Shown here piece by piece: positions 1 to 13,981 of a DNA stretch of 64,000 nucleotides. Positions within the stretch are counted from its first letter, which is position 1, and each line of letters begins with the position of its first letter. Below the pieces are notes generated by a model, which worked only from the letters and a program-made list of their open reading frames with translations, made no database searches and was not told where the DNA came from. This stretch comes from Alloascoidea hylecoeti (lineage: Eukaryota): NCBI GenBank assembly GCA_001600815.1, contig BCKZ01000014.1, positions 248,001 to 312,000 on the forward strand, written 5' to 3'. The position numbers were made by a program, and so were the translations under genes.

Positions 1-847
1 TTTTATAGATCAATGGCAAATGCATTATTAAATATATTAATGCAATGGTATAGCGTGGTGTCAATTGGAATTGAATATTATACACCTCTTCCATCTTTTT
101 CCATTCTTACCTCACGACACTCCTTAATTGTGACATAATTAATGTATTTGAATCCAATTGATCATCACGAGTAAAAATTAGAATATCACCTTCTTGAAGT
201 TCCTTTAGATCAATTGCGGTATATAATTATCACCACAAAATCTGGGGTACTTCTTAATCTTAGACACCACTACATAAAAGTCAATCGATTAATATGCCAT
301 CAGTTGACGAAATTACTCAATAACAATCAGGGTAACTTGATTCCATAAACCTTCTTCAATTATATGAATCCTCTCATTTCGATTGCAATTGGAGTTGAAA
401 AATGATATAGAAAATCATGATTCACTATTAATTATAATCACTTACTATTTTTTCAATTGTGATTGCAATTGTCTGATGTTGATTCTGTTGATTGGATTCT
501 AGGCTTATAACTTTTTAACATTTGATGAGAGAACATCACAAGATTCCACGTGCATTAAAACATACATCACAAGTTGAATATTGATGCTCATTAAATATCA
601 TGATATTCACCCTTTTTATGCTACACATTTTGTTTCACTTAGGATTCTTTAACTCCATCGGTATGTTCATTAATCAAATTTATCACTAACTCCAAAATTT
701 CATCATATCCACCTGTAACTTACACATTGATAATACACAATTGCAAACATAATCTAAAAAACAATTATTTCATTGATGCTAGTAATTAATATTATTTGAA
801 ATTGCAACTGCATTATACTTGTTCTTTTTTATAAATGTGTCCTTTTT

Positions 848-2328
848 CTAATTATCCATCCAATCATCTTTATCATTAACACCAAATCTTGCCCTTAATA
901 CTTCTTCAATCTTTGGCCAAGCGTTTGTATTACTTACCGTAATTTTCTTAATTCTTGAAAAAATCTTAGCTTTCATAAATCCTTGATCAATTAAACTGAT
1001 AACAATATTTTCAACACCAAAAAATGAAGTTGAAATAGGAATTGGTGATTCCAAAATATTTATAGTAGAATCACTTTCATTAATATTTGAGTTTGAATTT
1101 GAATGTGAATTGGTTATTATTCTATGTAAAAGTGAAAATTCAAGACCCATTTGAATACTTGAATAAGATAATGAATTACTCTTTTGTTGTCTTTGAATTT
1201 TCATTATTAAAGTTCTTAAAATTAATAATGGTATTTTGTCCATTAATAATAATAATAAACCACGTTCTCTAAACCATTCACCATAACCTATTATTTCAAA
1301 TTGTTGTTGATTTGAAATAATATTTAAATGATCAGTGAAAAGTTTTAAATTGCCTGTTTTAATAGATATAACAATTGGTTTATAATTATCATATAAATTA
1401 TATTGTTGTAATAATTCATCTTTTGGTAATATACCCATTATCATTGATACAGGTATTAAATATTTCAAAATTAATCTTATATTATTATCCATAAAACAAT
1501 TTTGAAATGCCCAGTTTAAATGTCTATAACTATCCAAAATTTGTGATTTATATAAATAAAATCTTCCTAAATAATATTTATATTCAACTTGTTGAGATTT
1601 TGGATATAAATTAAATTTAATTGAAGCTGTATGCATATTACTAAAAACATTTGCACAAGACATTGGAACATTATTTGTGAAATATAATCGACATAACATT
1701 GTTGATATAAATAAAAGAATTAATTTCCTACCTGTTATTGAACTAGAGTTATTATTTGATTGTGATATTGATAATGATGGATCTTGTCTTTCACTTCTTA
1801 TACTATTAAAAATCTTTAAAATAATCGTTGATAAATGTGATAATCTTGGTTTTCTATTGAAATCATATTCAAAATCTAAACTTTTTGCTAATGAAACTAT
1901 TTGACTCGTAGTTGAATAAACAGTCATTGTTAATATTAATGCTCTATGATTTGTAAAAGCTGTTTGTAAATTTGAATAAAAATCATCAAATAAATCATAT
2001 GATATTCTTTTATTAAATGGATCTAATTCTGAACATAATCGAAGATATGATATTATTAAATTATCAAAACTTATCCAGTCACCTTCAAAAAAATTACAAT
2101 TTGAAACAAGTAATTCATAATTTAAATTATGCTAATAAATATTAATCTTGTTAGTTTTTCACTATGTTTTGGAACAATATATTTACTTACATCTAATATA
2201 TCATTTTGAATAGCAGCGTGCACATTAGAAATATCAAGTGTCAATAATGAAGCCAGCTGAATTTGATTCCCTGGAGCAGGTAATGTAAGTGCATTTTGAA
2301 CACTTTTCAAAAATGCCAAAGTACTCAT
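848..2328 (-). CDS. THP1: TREX-2 PCI-domain subunit Thp1 (PCID2-like); exons 2328-2191 and 2131-848
   Basis: The intron 2190-2132 (GTAAGT..ACTAAC..TAG, phase 0) joins the 68-aa and 359-aa ORFs in frame. Motifs LSHLSTIILKIFNSIR and QQVEYKYYLGRFYL match Thp1. Confidence 0.8.
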
Positions 2329-2449
2329 ATTGTCTTTTTTTAGTTTTTGTCTTTAATTTTTGGTGATGGAGGTTTTGTAGGGAAGTTACCCGGATGTCCA
2401 ATCCCAAACTTATTTTTCTGACTTGTTTTAACAACCACACAATATCGAT

Positions 2450-3988
2450 ATGATGGAGGCAACTAGAAATCCAGGATTATTTGTTGCTAAGTCATCTTCA
2501 AGTCCTGCCAGTGATTTGCGATCGAAGAGAAGTCCTCAACTAAGGGGTCGTTCACATGCTCACTCACACCGATCAAGAAATTCAAAGGCTCCAAGGAATC
2601 AAGTTACTGAAAGATTAAAATGTGTAGTTAGATTATTACCACCATCTTTAAAAGAAGAAGAATTTTGGGAGGAAACTAAAGATTTTATATCTGATGATTC
2701 TACGACTTATAAGTACTTTGCTCAAGGGAAATTTTCTAAAAAGTATGGTTTGTTCTTTTTGAATCTATGTCATCGTTTTATATTAACTTTTCCTTAGTCC
2801 AACTAAACTTCCTCGATTATCCCGTGCTTATGTAACTTTTAAAACAGCTCAACAGTTAGCTCAATTTGCTTCCAATTTTAATGGAAAGATATTTAGTGAT
2901 GAAAATGGTAAGTCATAAATCAACTACACATACCTTTTATATGTTATTAACTTCATTATAAAGGAGATGAACAAAGAATTCAAATTGAATTCGCACCATT
3001 TTTAAAATCACCAGATCATGCTAGGAAATTCCCAAATGAAGGTAAAATTTATGATGATCCAATTTATAAATCATTTGTTAAATCTATTGAAGATTTAAAA
3101 CTTGATGAAGAAAAGAAAAAATCACAAGATAATACTATAAATTCAACAATTTCTGAATATCAATCATCAATTAAAAGAAAAGAAGTTTCAACTACTTCAT
3201 CAGGAATTGCAATTGCAAATGAATTGAAAAAGAAATCAAATATTGAAGTTTCAATTACTCCATTAATTGAAGCATTAATGAATGAAAAAAAACTTTCTAA
3301 AAAACACAAAAAAGATGAAGGAAAGAAGAAAAAAGATGCTAAAAAGATAATTTTAGATAAGAGAAAGAAAAGGAAAGAGCAGCTTCCTTTGATAAGTGCT
3401 TTAAATGGATCAAGAAGAAAAGACAATCAAAGGTCTAATCAATCACCTACTCCAGAATTAAAAGCATCTAAGTCAAAGGTTTCAAAAGGTCCAAGATCAA
3501 AAGGTAGTAAAGCAACATTAACTGATAATGAATCTTCATCAAAGCCAATTCCAAAAGGTCCTAGATCAGGTAATAAATCCAATAATAACCATGTTACCAA
3601 CACTGATACCCCTTCTGGCTCTACATCAACTGCTGAAAGATCTTCATCTCCTGCTATTGTCGTTTCATTTCCTCTAAAGGATTCCCCTAAGGCTCCGAAG
3701 TCAATGATGAAGGATGTGCCCAAAGGTCCTAAAAACTTGAAGCCAAGGGGGAAGAAAGGCCCCAAACCACATACTACGGCAAGTACCGGCACCAGTCCTA
3801 CTGTTGAAAATGGAGATTCTAAGCCTAAACCTCGAAAAATAAGAAAACGAAGAGATAAGAAACCTGAAGGTTCTAACTCAAGCTCAAATGATAGTCCTAC
3901 ACAATCCAATAATAATAATAGAAGAAATACTCCAAAAAAGAACGATCAAGATAATAACAAAATTAACAAACCTGATATTAAAGAATAA
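2450..3988 (+). CDS. UPF3: Nonsense-mediated decay factor Upf3 (Smg4/UPF3 RRM-like domain with basic low-complexity tail); exons 2450-2742, 2798-2907, 2964-3988
   Basis: KCVVRLLPPSL, LSRAYVTF and IEFAPFLK are UPF3-domain motifs. Introns GTATGG..TAG and GTAAGT..AAG restore one continuous frame. Confidence 0.85.
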
Positions 3989-4761
3989 TTTATAATTTTA
4001 ATGATAATCCATTGAAATTTTCATTAAATGTTTTTAACCTTCAATTAGCCTTGAAGAACACATCTGACAATGTTAATGCCTAAGAAACTAACAAAGAATA
4101 TAAATAATTATAAACTATACTGAAATTTACCGCCCACATTTCATATCATATCTTGTTGAGGTAAGAAACAGTTTTAACAATATTATCTATCTCAATCATT
4201 GTACTGAAGAGAGTAGCTGTGTTGTTATAGCAATCTAAACATTATTAGATATAACATTTTTTGAAGAGAATAGTTTGTATCCCATCAATTCAAAAACTGA
4301 GGGAGATAAAATCAAGGGCACTTGATTAAAAACGCTACTTAAATACTAATAGTATATGTTTTTTAACAGTTTTAATTTATATTATGCTATATCATTGATC
4401 AATATACACAAAATTTTTATTTAATTTATGACATATAAATTTATATGTTTCTTTATTATTTAGCAATTTCAATAACAACAATATCTTAATATAAAAATAT
4501 CAACTTAAGTATTTAAAATTAATCAAACCATTTCAATTGTAATTTTTACTTTTAAAATTCACTTTCTCATTACCAAATATAAGTGTAGTATCGGACTCTG
4601 GACTTCCAAAACGTCTACCTTGAATTTTTTTTTTTCTTACCACTACAGCACTACCAATGTTTAAATTCACAAAATTCCTGCGGCGAATTTGCTTCAAAAG
4701 ATGAGGGAGTGAAGATACTAAGCGCCATGACAGGAAGTCATCTTGAGCCGAATATATATGC

Positions 4762-4966
4762 TGTAGGAGGAGCCATCTTCAACTTTGCCTTCCATTAACT
4801 CACTAAGTAATACTGAAATATCAATAACAAGGTTTATATACACATGATCCTCTCATGTTAATATCTCTTATATTCAAATTTAATAGGGGAGTTAAAAGGA
4901 TGGTCGAGAACTTATAGGCTAACACATTATACCGGGTGTAAAGATACAAACTTCCGGAGTGGGTCT
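4762..4966. repeat. Dispersed ~200-bp repeat, copy 1 (possible degenerate LTR) just upstream of the Gag-like ORF
   Basis: Collinear blocks shared with 20430-20658: TGTAGGAG, ACACATGATnCTCTCAT, ATCTCTTATATTCAA, GTTAAAAGGATG, GGTCGAGAA, AAACTTCCGGAGTGG. Confidence 0.75.
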
Positions 4967-5059
4967 AATATGCTAATATGTCTCATTCAAAACAATCCCT
5001 ACTAAAGTTATCCTCACATTAATCAAATTTAAACTTGGTGTTCAGTTCAACCCTCAAGA

Positions 5060-6409
5060 ATGGAGAATTTAAACCGACAATCAGTCCAAAGCAGCAACTG
5101 TTTATCCCCTTCTCAACAGACATCTTTCATCCCCGGCCCAAAGAAAATTAGTCCCCACCCCACAAATATGAAATGCAACGATGAACTCCAAAATAATGGT
5201 AAAACAAAATCGAGCAAGGCATTTTCTGTTTCGGATCTCGTTTTTGAAGATGATATGTCGTCTACTTGGTCAGAAATGACTCCTGTTGAGTCTGTTAGCT
5301 ATAATGTTGATACATTCGAATCGCCTCCTGAAATTATTAAGTTGAAGAATATAGAGGCTTATGGAGGTGTTCATAACTATATCGACTCTGTTAAATGTAA
5401 TGCAGAAGCTCTTGGTTTAGTAAACGACCATCTTGATTATAAAATATCAGAAGTATATAATTCTTCTCAACGAAGAAACCTTCATATTTTACGAACAATG
5501 ATTTTAAATAGTTTATCAAAAGAAGATTCAATAATTATTAGAAATTCAAAAACAATTAATGAAATTATTAAATGTTTAATTGAAAGATATGAAGATGGTT
5601 TAGAAAATTCATTTCAAATTTATAAATGTCTTTTATCAAAAAAATTAAATATTAATATGAATAGAAATCAAATTATTGAATTTTTTAATGATGTTGATTC
5701 TAAATTTTTACAATTGAAAAGAATGGGAGAAGAAATTTCTGATAAGGTTAAGATTAATTTATTTGGATCAATTTGGATTGAAAATGATTATGATTTAGTT
5801 AATGGTAAAATATCATATTTAAATGATTGTGAATTTATTGGTTATAATCCAGAATATAAAGGCTTTTGTGAAAGAATTAAGAAAATAATTATTGGTTTAT
5901 CATTATTTTATTCAAATAAAAATAATAAATTAAATGATAAAATAAAGGATTTAGTTACAAAGAAAAATGATGAAGAAATTAAATCGAACCTTATATCATC
6001 ATCTTCTTCACCATCAAAAGATGCTTTAGAAGTTTCTGATTTAAATGAATCGTTGAATGAATTGAATAGTTCTCTTGTATCATCTAAAAGTACCGATTCT
6101 TCAACTACAGTAACATTAAGTAAGGATCCTAAATTGCTACAGTCTGATATTCTCAACCAAGAGAAGGAATCAATGGTACACTCAGATGAAACGATGGTGA
6201 AATCAGAAGAAGTCATTAATGATTCACCAAAGCCTAATATATCAACTACTGCTGTAATTAATAATGATAAATATTTGGATATTCCTACTTTTGATGGGAA
6301 ACCTTTTTATACAATCCCAAAGAAAGATCTTACAGCCCAAAATGAGATTGGAACAGTTAAAAAGAAAAGTTCTAAGGGTGCACAAATCAACAACTCAAAC
6401 AACGACTAA
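5060..6409 (+). mobile_element. Solo Ty1/copia-type Gag-like ORF (449 aa) with no pol
   Basis: MILNSLSKEDSIIIRNSKTINEIIKCLIERYE and QLKRMGEEISDKVKI fit the copia Retrotran_gag_2/UBN2 pattern. No CCHC knuckle, protease, integrase or RT was seen downstream. Confidence 0.65.
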
Positions 6410-7954
6410 AACAAAAATGTCAACAAGAATATCAACTAAAACAACAACTTCAACGGGAACACCAAGAAGAACAACTAGAATTTCAACGAGAGCAACTACT
6501 AGAAAAAAGAAAAACAAGAAAAACAACAACGAAAACAACAACAAACAGCATAGTGGTGAATTCAAAATTGAATATTTCATTTTATGTTTTTGGATAGATT
6601 GTGCTTTATTCAGTTTTATGACAAATGAATTTAATAATTTATTTGAACTGGGTTTATTTTAGGAAACGTTAAGGAGAAGGTATAAGGTTTGGAGGTCTTT
6701 TTTTTCTTATAAGAAATGTATTATAATATAATATGAATTAGTGCAGTTAACTAAATGTTGATCTTAATTATAAGTAATTATAAAGATGGCCATGGACTCT
6801 CCCCCAAGACACACACACAGAAGAAATATGTGCCGAAATATTTCGTTTGATCCAAGGCGCCTAGCCTAACCCATAAAAAATTGCCGATGGGCAGCTTGAC
6901 CCACACCAAAAAACTAACCAAGAACGACCCCGCCCAATACGTGAACTCTAATTTTGTGGTTAACTTTCCCAAGAAAAACCGAATGCTATCAAAAAAGAAA
7001 AAAAACCGAAGGTTTGGATTCGTATCGTTTCCTCAGCGCTAGAGAAGTGGACCCGAACACAGAATTATGATGAAACAAGATTTCGGCTGGGTGTGATAGC
7101 GGATGGTTGGCTTGTACGGCAGGGGGTTTTTCCCACAGAGGAGCCCGTTCGTCCTCAATTAAGTAGAAGATCTCGATGGAGAGTTCCAATGTTTCCATAG
7201 ATTCAACAAGAAGATCCTTGAAATCAAGTCATCGGTCGAAGAAAAAGAAATTTCTGCTGGTAATGATCTATGCAAGGAATAAAAGATTAACTTCAACTAC
7301 ATTATCGAGGGGCTCGGGAAAACTGGGATTAGACCCTCTGACCCGAGCATTGAGGTGAACATCACTGCGATAAGACAACTTGCTTATACTTTAGGAAGAA
7401 TTGATAAGATACTACGCTAATAAAGTTGAATCAAAAGAATCTTATCAACAACTAAATCTTTTGGTGGAGAGACACGAGGTATATGCCACCAATCCTAAAT
7501 CTGACAAGTTTGAATTGAAAACAAAAGAAGATGTAGAAATATGACAGGAGAATTTATTAGGATAAGTTTTTAATTAATTTATACAGAGTATATCTAGCGC
7601 TAGTTTAAATTTTAGTGATTGTTTTTGGGTGGGCAGAAACCTCGGGTCTGCCAACTTAACTAGTCTACAGCTCTATTTTATTATAATCGTAGAAAACTAA
7701 AAAGAATCGGAAAAAGAGATAATTATTCACTTTGTATTTGTATTTAACGATTGACAAGATCTGTAACTTAATATATTATTTTGATGTTGGGTTCCGGCCC
7801 CGCGAAATCCCGAAATCCACGATTACGCATCACAACAAAATGCGGCAAATTGCAATTAAAAATACTTGAGCTTCTTTAAGTTTTCTCCACATTTGACTCT
7901 TCGTTATTTATAATTACTTAACTTTCCTCGATCAATTCTAAAAACAAAAGATAA

Positions 7955-8850
<896 letters not shown>

Positions 8851-9162
8851 CAATTGTAATTGAAAATAATCAATTACTTTTCAACTCAAACTTGTATATA
8901 ATTACTATAGATATACCTATATACTATACAATCGCAATTGCATTATTATATATGCTTAATACTATATAAATGACATATATTTATTCAAGATTCATTACAA
9001 TTCATTTGTTTCTATTATAATCAGTATATCATATATTGTTACTGTAATATTTTTTTTAAAGATATAAAGCCTAAATATATTGTTAAGACTATTTGATTAC
9101 TATGAAACTATCTAGAACTTAAACTAAAGAGAAATCTCGACGGGACATACAGATATTACCAT

Positions 9163-9241
9163 AGACCTTTCTAATTAGACCTTTCTAACTAGTAGTTTCT
9201 AACTAGTAGTTTCTAGCTAGTATATATGTTTCTAGCTAGTA
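9163..9241. repeat. Short degenerate tandem repeat with a ~14-nt unit (AGACCTTTCTAAYT / AGTAGTTTCTARCT)
   Basis: About five consecutive units are directly visible. Confidence 0.6.
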
Positions 9242-9911
9242 CTTCAACATTACTTCGTTAAAGAAGGTTCTAATAATCCAATATATATATATAACACTAA
9301 ACTATAAGACAGCTACAGTGATATATATATAACTCATTAGTAATATTAAAACTTCCCATTAATGTTTATAGATTTAACTATATGATCGTATAGATTTATA
9401 ATAATGATACTGTCACTATACTAAGCTTATAAAATTTTACCGATAATGTAAGATTGATATATTACAATTCGAAATATCTATTTTGTATATGAATGTTCGG
9501 TAATATCGGCCTAAGAAGAAGATTTGAAATTTCGGCTTTAAATCAAGCTTGTAATAACAGTGTACTATTATAAATACGAGTATATACGCGTTTGTGTATA
9601 TATAACTGGAATAGGAAATAAATATAAGTTATGAAGAAATACTCGTATTATACACAAAATTTTCCAAACCCTATAATTTAGTTAGGTTTACCTTTTGGAT
9701 AGTTCTTATATCATCATGATTGAGTAAAATACTTAATACAAAGCTTTATTAATTAACTAACTAGATATTATAAGTTTTAAGCACTTATATTAATACAGTC
9801 CTATGTGTAACGTAACCAGCAAATAAAAAACAAAAAAAATCCATTAATTAGCATTTCAAACATGAAAAGGCAAAGCAAAAGGAAAAGACAAAAAAAAAAA
9901 AAGATATAAAG

Positions 9912-12011
9912 TTAACATCCTGTTAGTTTATTTTTAGGAAATTTATAACCTGCCATTTCCCAAGACGTATGATTTGCATTATAATAAGCAGGTAAATGAT
10001 CTTGAATATAATCATAAGTTGGATAATCTTTTGGATCACAAGTAATTGAAATTTGATCTTCAGGTTGATAAATCCTAACTGAATTAATTAACATTGTCAT
10101 TGGAAATTTTAACTTTGCCCAATCAATATAAGCCCAAGATGAAGATATACCAAAATTAAAAATAATTGACATTGGTTCTTTTGTAAATGGTCTAAAATCA
10201 ATATTACCATCTGGATGAAATGTATTTGGATATACTGTATAAGTTGGTTTATCACCAATAAAAAATTGAACATAACCATCATCATCATCATTTAAATATT
10301 CAAATCCATAATTTTGAAATTTTCGATCTGGTCTTGGTGTAAAATCTACACCTATAAATTCTTGCCAATCTGGATTTAATGTAGATGTTCCAACTAATGC
10401 TTGTTGAAATGGACCACCAGGCCAAGCATTCATGGAAGTAACAGATAAATTATGGATTTCAACAAAATCATAATCAGGAATATACCAAATATCATATGGA
10501 GCCACTTGAATTGATTGTGTCGTTATTCCTAGTCCTATTCCGAGGTCAACTGAACCTTCAACAGCATCAAGTTCAGGTGCACCTCTTCCAACACCAGGAT
10601 TTGGATGATCTGATCCAGAGCATGTACATTGATTTAACTTTTGACCAGGAAGAAAAGATATGCCATCAGTACTTGATTGATTAGGAGTAATTCCAGCATC
10701 ACATGAATTATAAGAATATGGCCAAACCCCTTCAGATGATGCTAAATAACCAGGTCTTGCTAAATTTCCCATACTCCAAATACCAGGCCATATCCCGGAG
10801 ACATGAGCAGAACCAGGTAAACTTGCAGAAACTTCTAAAATCCCTTGTGTAAAACATAATTTATTCCAACTTTGAAGCATACCAGATCTATAATTTAAAT
10901 CATGATTTTCAAAAGCATCATATCTAATTTGTAGACTTCCATCAGTTGTTGTCAAAGCATCTGGATCATACCAATCTAAATCAACAGTTGCTTGATAATG
11001 AATATCAGGAGCTTCCCAAAATTGATTATCACCAGGATAAAAAGTTCTACCCTCTTCATTAAATTCATCAGAAAATACTAATTTCCATTCTGATCCATCT
11101 TTTGCTGTTCTTGTTAATGCAGATTCTGGTGTATCAGGATCAACTAAATCGGTTCTTATTGCAGATAATAAAGGATAAGTATAATCAGTTAAAATTTCAT
11201 ATTCTTGATCTTTTGATTTGCTGTGAATATTTCCATATGTGGTAATGGGAACAATTATAAATAGACATAAACAACCAATTATTATAAAAAGTATACCAAG
11301 AAGATTACAAGTTGATCTTTTATCCCATGCACATTTCCTATCTAATTCAGCATCAGCAATTGGATCAGGATTATGTAAATAATCATCATCTTCTTTTTCA
11401 CCGGCAAGTAAAAAATCAGTATGAGGAAATCCACCAAAATAGTAACTATCATCAAAAATATCATTATAATTTGTAGTTGTTGCTAAACTTGCTTGACCTC
11501 GAAGAACACTTGCTTGGCTACTTTCTTCAGATGAATATCCTATTGGAACACCCATAGGATAAATTTGATTCATATTTATACTATTATGACCTCTCATTTC
11601 ATCAAGTGCTGGTGAATAACGCTGATCATCTGATATAGGGAAAGTAGCTCTTGGAATAGAACCACCAACTGCTGAAGGTAAATAAGGTGATGATAGGTGA
11701 AGTGGAAGTCCAGTTGATTTCCGTCCATTTGAGCTATTCTGACTTCTTTCTGAACCGTACTCATACGTTGACCAATTGTTTCTATCTCTATGTAGTCGGT
11801 CACTAGACGAATGTCGGCCTACCATAGCATCAGTTGATCTTGGGCTTGAACTTGAACTTGGTGTTGAATCAGAAGTTAAAGTTGAACTTTCAGTTGTGTT
11901 AGTTTGGGAATGTCGACTCGTTTCATTCCGGTCATTTGTTATAGTTATAGCTGGTTTTGGGGGCGTGAGAAGTTTATCTGCTACAGGTTTATTATCATTT
12001 CCAAATACCAT
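9912..12011 (-). CDS. KRE6: Kre6/Skn1-family GH16 beta-1,6-glucan biosynthesis protein (type II membrane)
   Basis: DDDYLHNPDP, one TM helix, LVFSDEFNEEGRTFY, YRSGMLQSWNKLCFTQG, GRGAPELD and a C-terminal PKNKLTGC. KRE6 versus SKN1 cannot be resolved. Confidence 0.9.
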   Translation of the reverse strand: MVFGNDNKPVADKLLTPPKPAITITNDRNETSRHSQTNTTESSTLTSDSTPSSSSSPRSTDAMVGRHSSSDRLHRDRNNWSTYEYGSERSQNSSNGRKSTGLPLHLSSPYLPSAVGGSIPRATFPISDDQRYSPALDEMRGHNSINMNQIYPMGVPIGYSSEESSQASVLRGQASLATTTNYNDIFDDSYYFGGFPHTDFLLAGEKEDDDYLHNPDPIADAELDRKCAWDKRSTCNLLGILFIIIGCLCLFIIVPITTYGNIHSKSKDQEYEILTDYTYPLLSAIRTDLVDPDTPESALTRTAKDGSEWKLVFSDEFNEEGRTFYPGDNQFWEAPDIHYQATVDLDWYDPDALTTTDGSLQIRYDAFENHDLNYRSGMLQSWNKLCFTQGILEVSASLPGSAHVSGIWPGIWSMGNLARPGYLASSEGVWPYSYNSCDAGITPNQSSTDGISFLPGQKLNQCTCSGSDHPNPGVGRGAPELDAVEGSVDLGIGLGITTQSIQVAPYDIWYIPDYDFVEIHNLSVTSMNAWPGGPFQQALVGTSTLNPDWQEFIGVDFTPRPDRKFQNYGFEYLNDDDDGYVQFFIGDKPTYTVYPNTFHPDGNIDFRPFTKEPMSIIFNFGISSSWAYIDWAKLKFPMTMLINSVRIYQPEDQISITCDPKDYPTYDYIQDHLPAYYNANHTSWEMAGYKFPKNKLTGC

Positions 12012-13354
12012 TATTTAAATAGTTATATTGATTTTGTATTTGTCGAAAATGTATCGAAGAAGTTTGTTTTAAAGGATTCCAAAATAGCAAAAAAAAACAA
12101 ATTTTAAATATAGAAAAAGAGAGACCATGTAAATAAAGAATGAAGCACACTAAAATTAGAAACTTTACTAAAACAAGCAAGTAGAAATCAAAAAAAACAA
12201 AAAGTGTTTTAAGGTTTATGTGATACATAAATTTAACATTTGGAGTGGAGTCCAATTGTTATTGATGGTTGCATGTTGCAACTTTAGAACCGGAAACTTA
12301 ACACTGTTGTTCTAAAAATATCAATGATGTTTCTTGAAACTTTGACAATTGATAACTTCAAAATTATATTCATATCAGACTAATAAGCTTAATAAATAAA
12401 TAATGATTACAAAATATAATTATATTCAAGTGAGAGTGAGTGCACCTGTTTTTTTATTTTTTCATTTGATCTACGCAGGATCATGCATTTTCTTGCATGT
12501 CGATAACCTTAAAATGTTTGCTAGCTGCAGTATTTGCGTAAATATCGCCCACCTGTTGACCTAAATATTCGCCCATATGTGAATTAATAATTCGGCCACA
12601 TAATGTAGGTATTGTAGATCGCTATTTCTCATTCATTACTATAACCTTTTTAAATTTGTAAATTCTTCTTCTCCTTCTTAAACTTATAACAATTACAACT
12701 TTGATTCTATTCACAAATACCTCTCAGAAAGTAGAAGCAGACTCTATATATGTCAATTATATATCTGGATTAAAGATTAATATTGAAGCTAGTAATCAAA
12801 TTATGGTAAGTATATTTAAATCTGAAAAGTTTGGAAAACAAGACGCTAACCTATTTTTTTATAATTATATCAAGTTCTTAAAATGTAAAGCAATCTATTA
12901 AATTTATTCAATTTGAAAACACCGTTACAATTTATAATCGTATTCATTCATTAAATATAATTAAATGAAAGCTTTGTATAATTAAAAAGAACTTTCGCTT
13001 CAAACAGTATTAATTGACTTGTAGATGTTGTATGAATAATTTAATGGTGAAAGGTGCGAGATTAATTGCAAATTTGTAATTAATTGTTTCTTGTTTTTCG
13101 CCTTCAATTTTCAAAAATTTTCAGTTATGAGATATTAGACATAGTTATAAATAAAAATATAAATCTTATAGAAATATATAGTTCTTGATTCAATTAATAA
13201 TAATTGAATTTGTTCTTTAACTTTTTTATAATTAATTTCTAAAACTTTTTGTTAATTTTTTATGTAATGGTTCTTCAATACCTAATAGTATATTTGCTTA
13301 AATCGTCAACATTTTAAAAAATAACTTTTAATCCATGATCTTTTAATTCCTTAA

Positions 13355-13981
13355 AAAATTGTAAAATTGATAATCCACCAGATTTTAAAGTAAAACGTTC
13401 TTCTAATTTCTTATAAATATACCAACGAAATTACTTACTATTAAATCATTTAACATATAATCATTCAATTGACATTGATACTCATACCTTCTAAATCACA
13501 AGAATCACCATTTTCATCTCTACCAAACCAATATTTTTGTAAATCATCATTTAATTTCTTTATGATATAATCATTTTTCTTTAATAAAGCTTCAACATGT
13601 TTTTTTTGGAATTGAAAAAAATAGTTTTATCCATTTCTGCCCAAAATAAAACACCCTTTGTTTCTTTAATGAATAGATTGACCCATTTCTGAATCAACAG
13701 TAATGACACCACCACTTATTATAACATTGTTCCCATTGATCATCATCAACACCAGGCTCCTTGAGAAGTAAGAGCTTCTTTTGTTGTCACTATTCTATCG
13801 AACCAAATAAAACACCATCGACAGGCATTGGTGGATGAGAATATTTAATACTCCATTCACCAGTTAAAGGATAAGTATCTTCACAACTACCAAAATCAAA
13901 ACCAATAATTAAAGAAATGTTTGATTTTCTTCTAATTTTTTAATATATTTGTAATAAAGGAGCATGAGAATCTTCATAAGA
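13355..13981 (-). pseudogene. FAS1: Fragment of fatty acid synthase beta subunit (enoyl-reductase region) with frameshifts and stops
   Basis: Mixed-frame translation gives [98 protein letters not shown] and LEERFT, collinear with yeast Fas1. Boundaries are approximate. Confidence 0.88.

Noticed and set aside
1..780. Weakly coding-like minus-strand stretches (GGYDEILELVINLINEH; IDLKELQEGDILIFTRDD)
   Set aside because: There are many stops, no consistent splice model or family could be recognised, and the region is cut by the window edge.
6264..6662. 132-aa T/K-rich ORF overlapping the gag end, as a possible +1 frameshift pol
   Set aside because: It is an alternative frame of a low-complexity CAA-rich tract and has no protease or integrase motifs.
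9163..9241. Tandem repeats as a possible CRISPR-like array
   Set aside because: The context is eukaryotic, there are no unique spacers, and the unit is only ~14 nt.
9000..9800. TpA/CTAG-rich intergenic DNA suggestive of RIP-like mutation (also ~25.4-26.0 kb)
   Set aside because: There is no paired repeat to show directional C-to-T changes, AT-richness explains it, and RIP is not established in budding yeasts.
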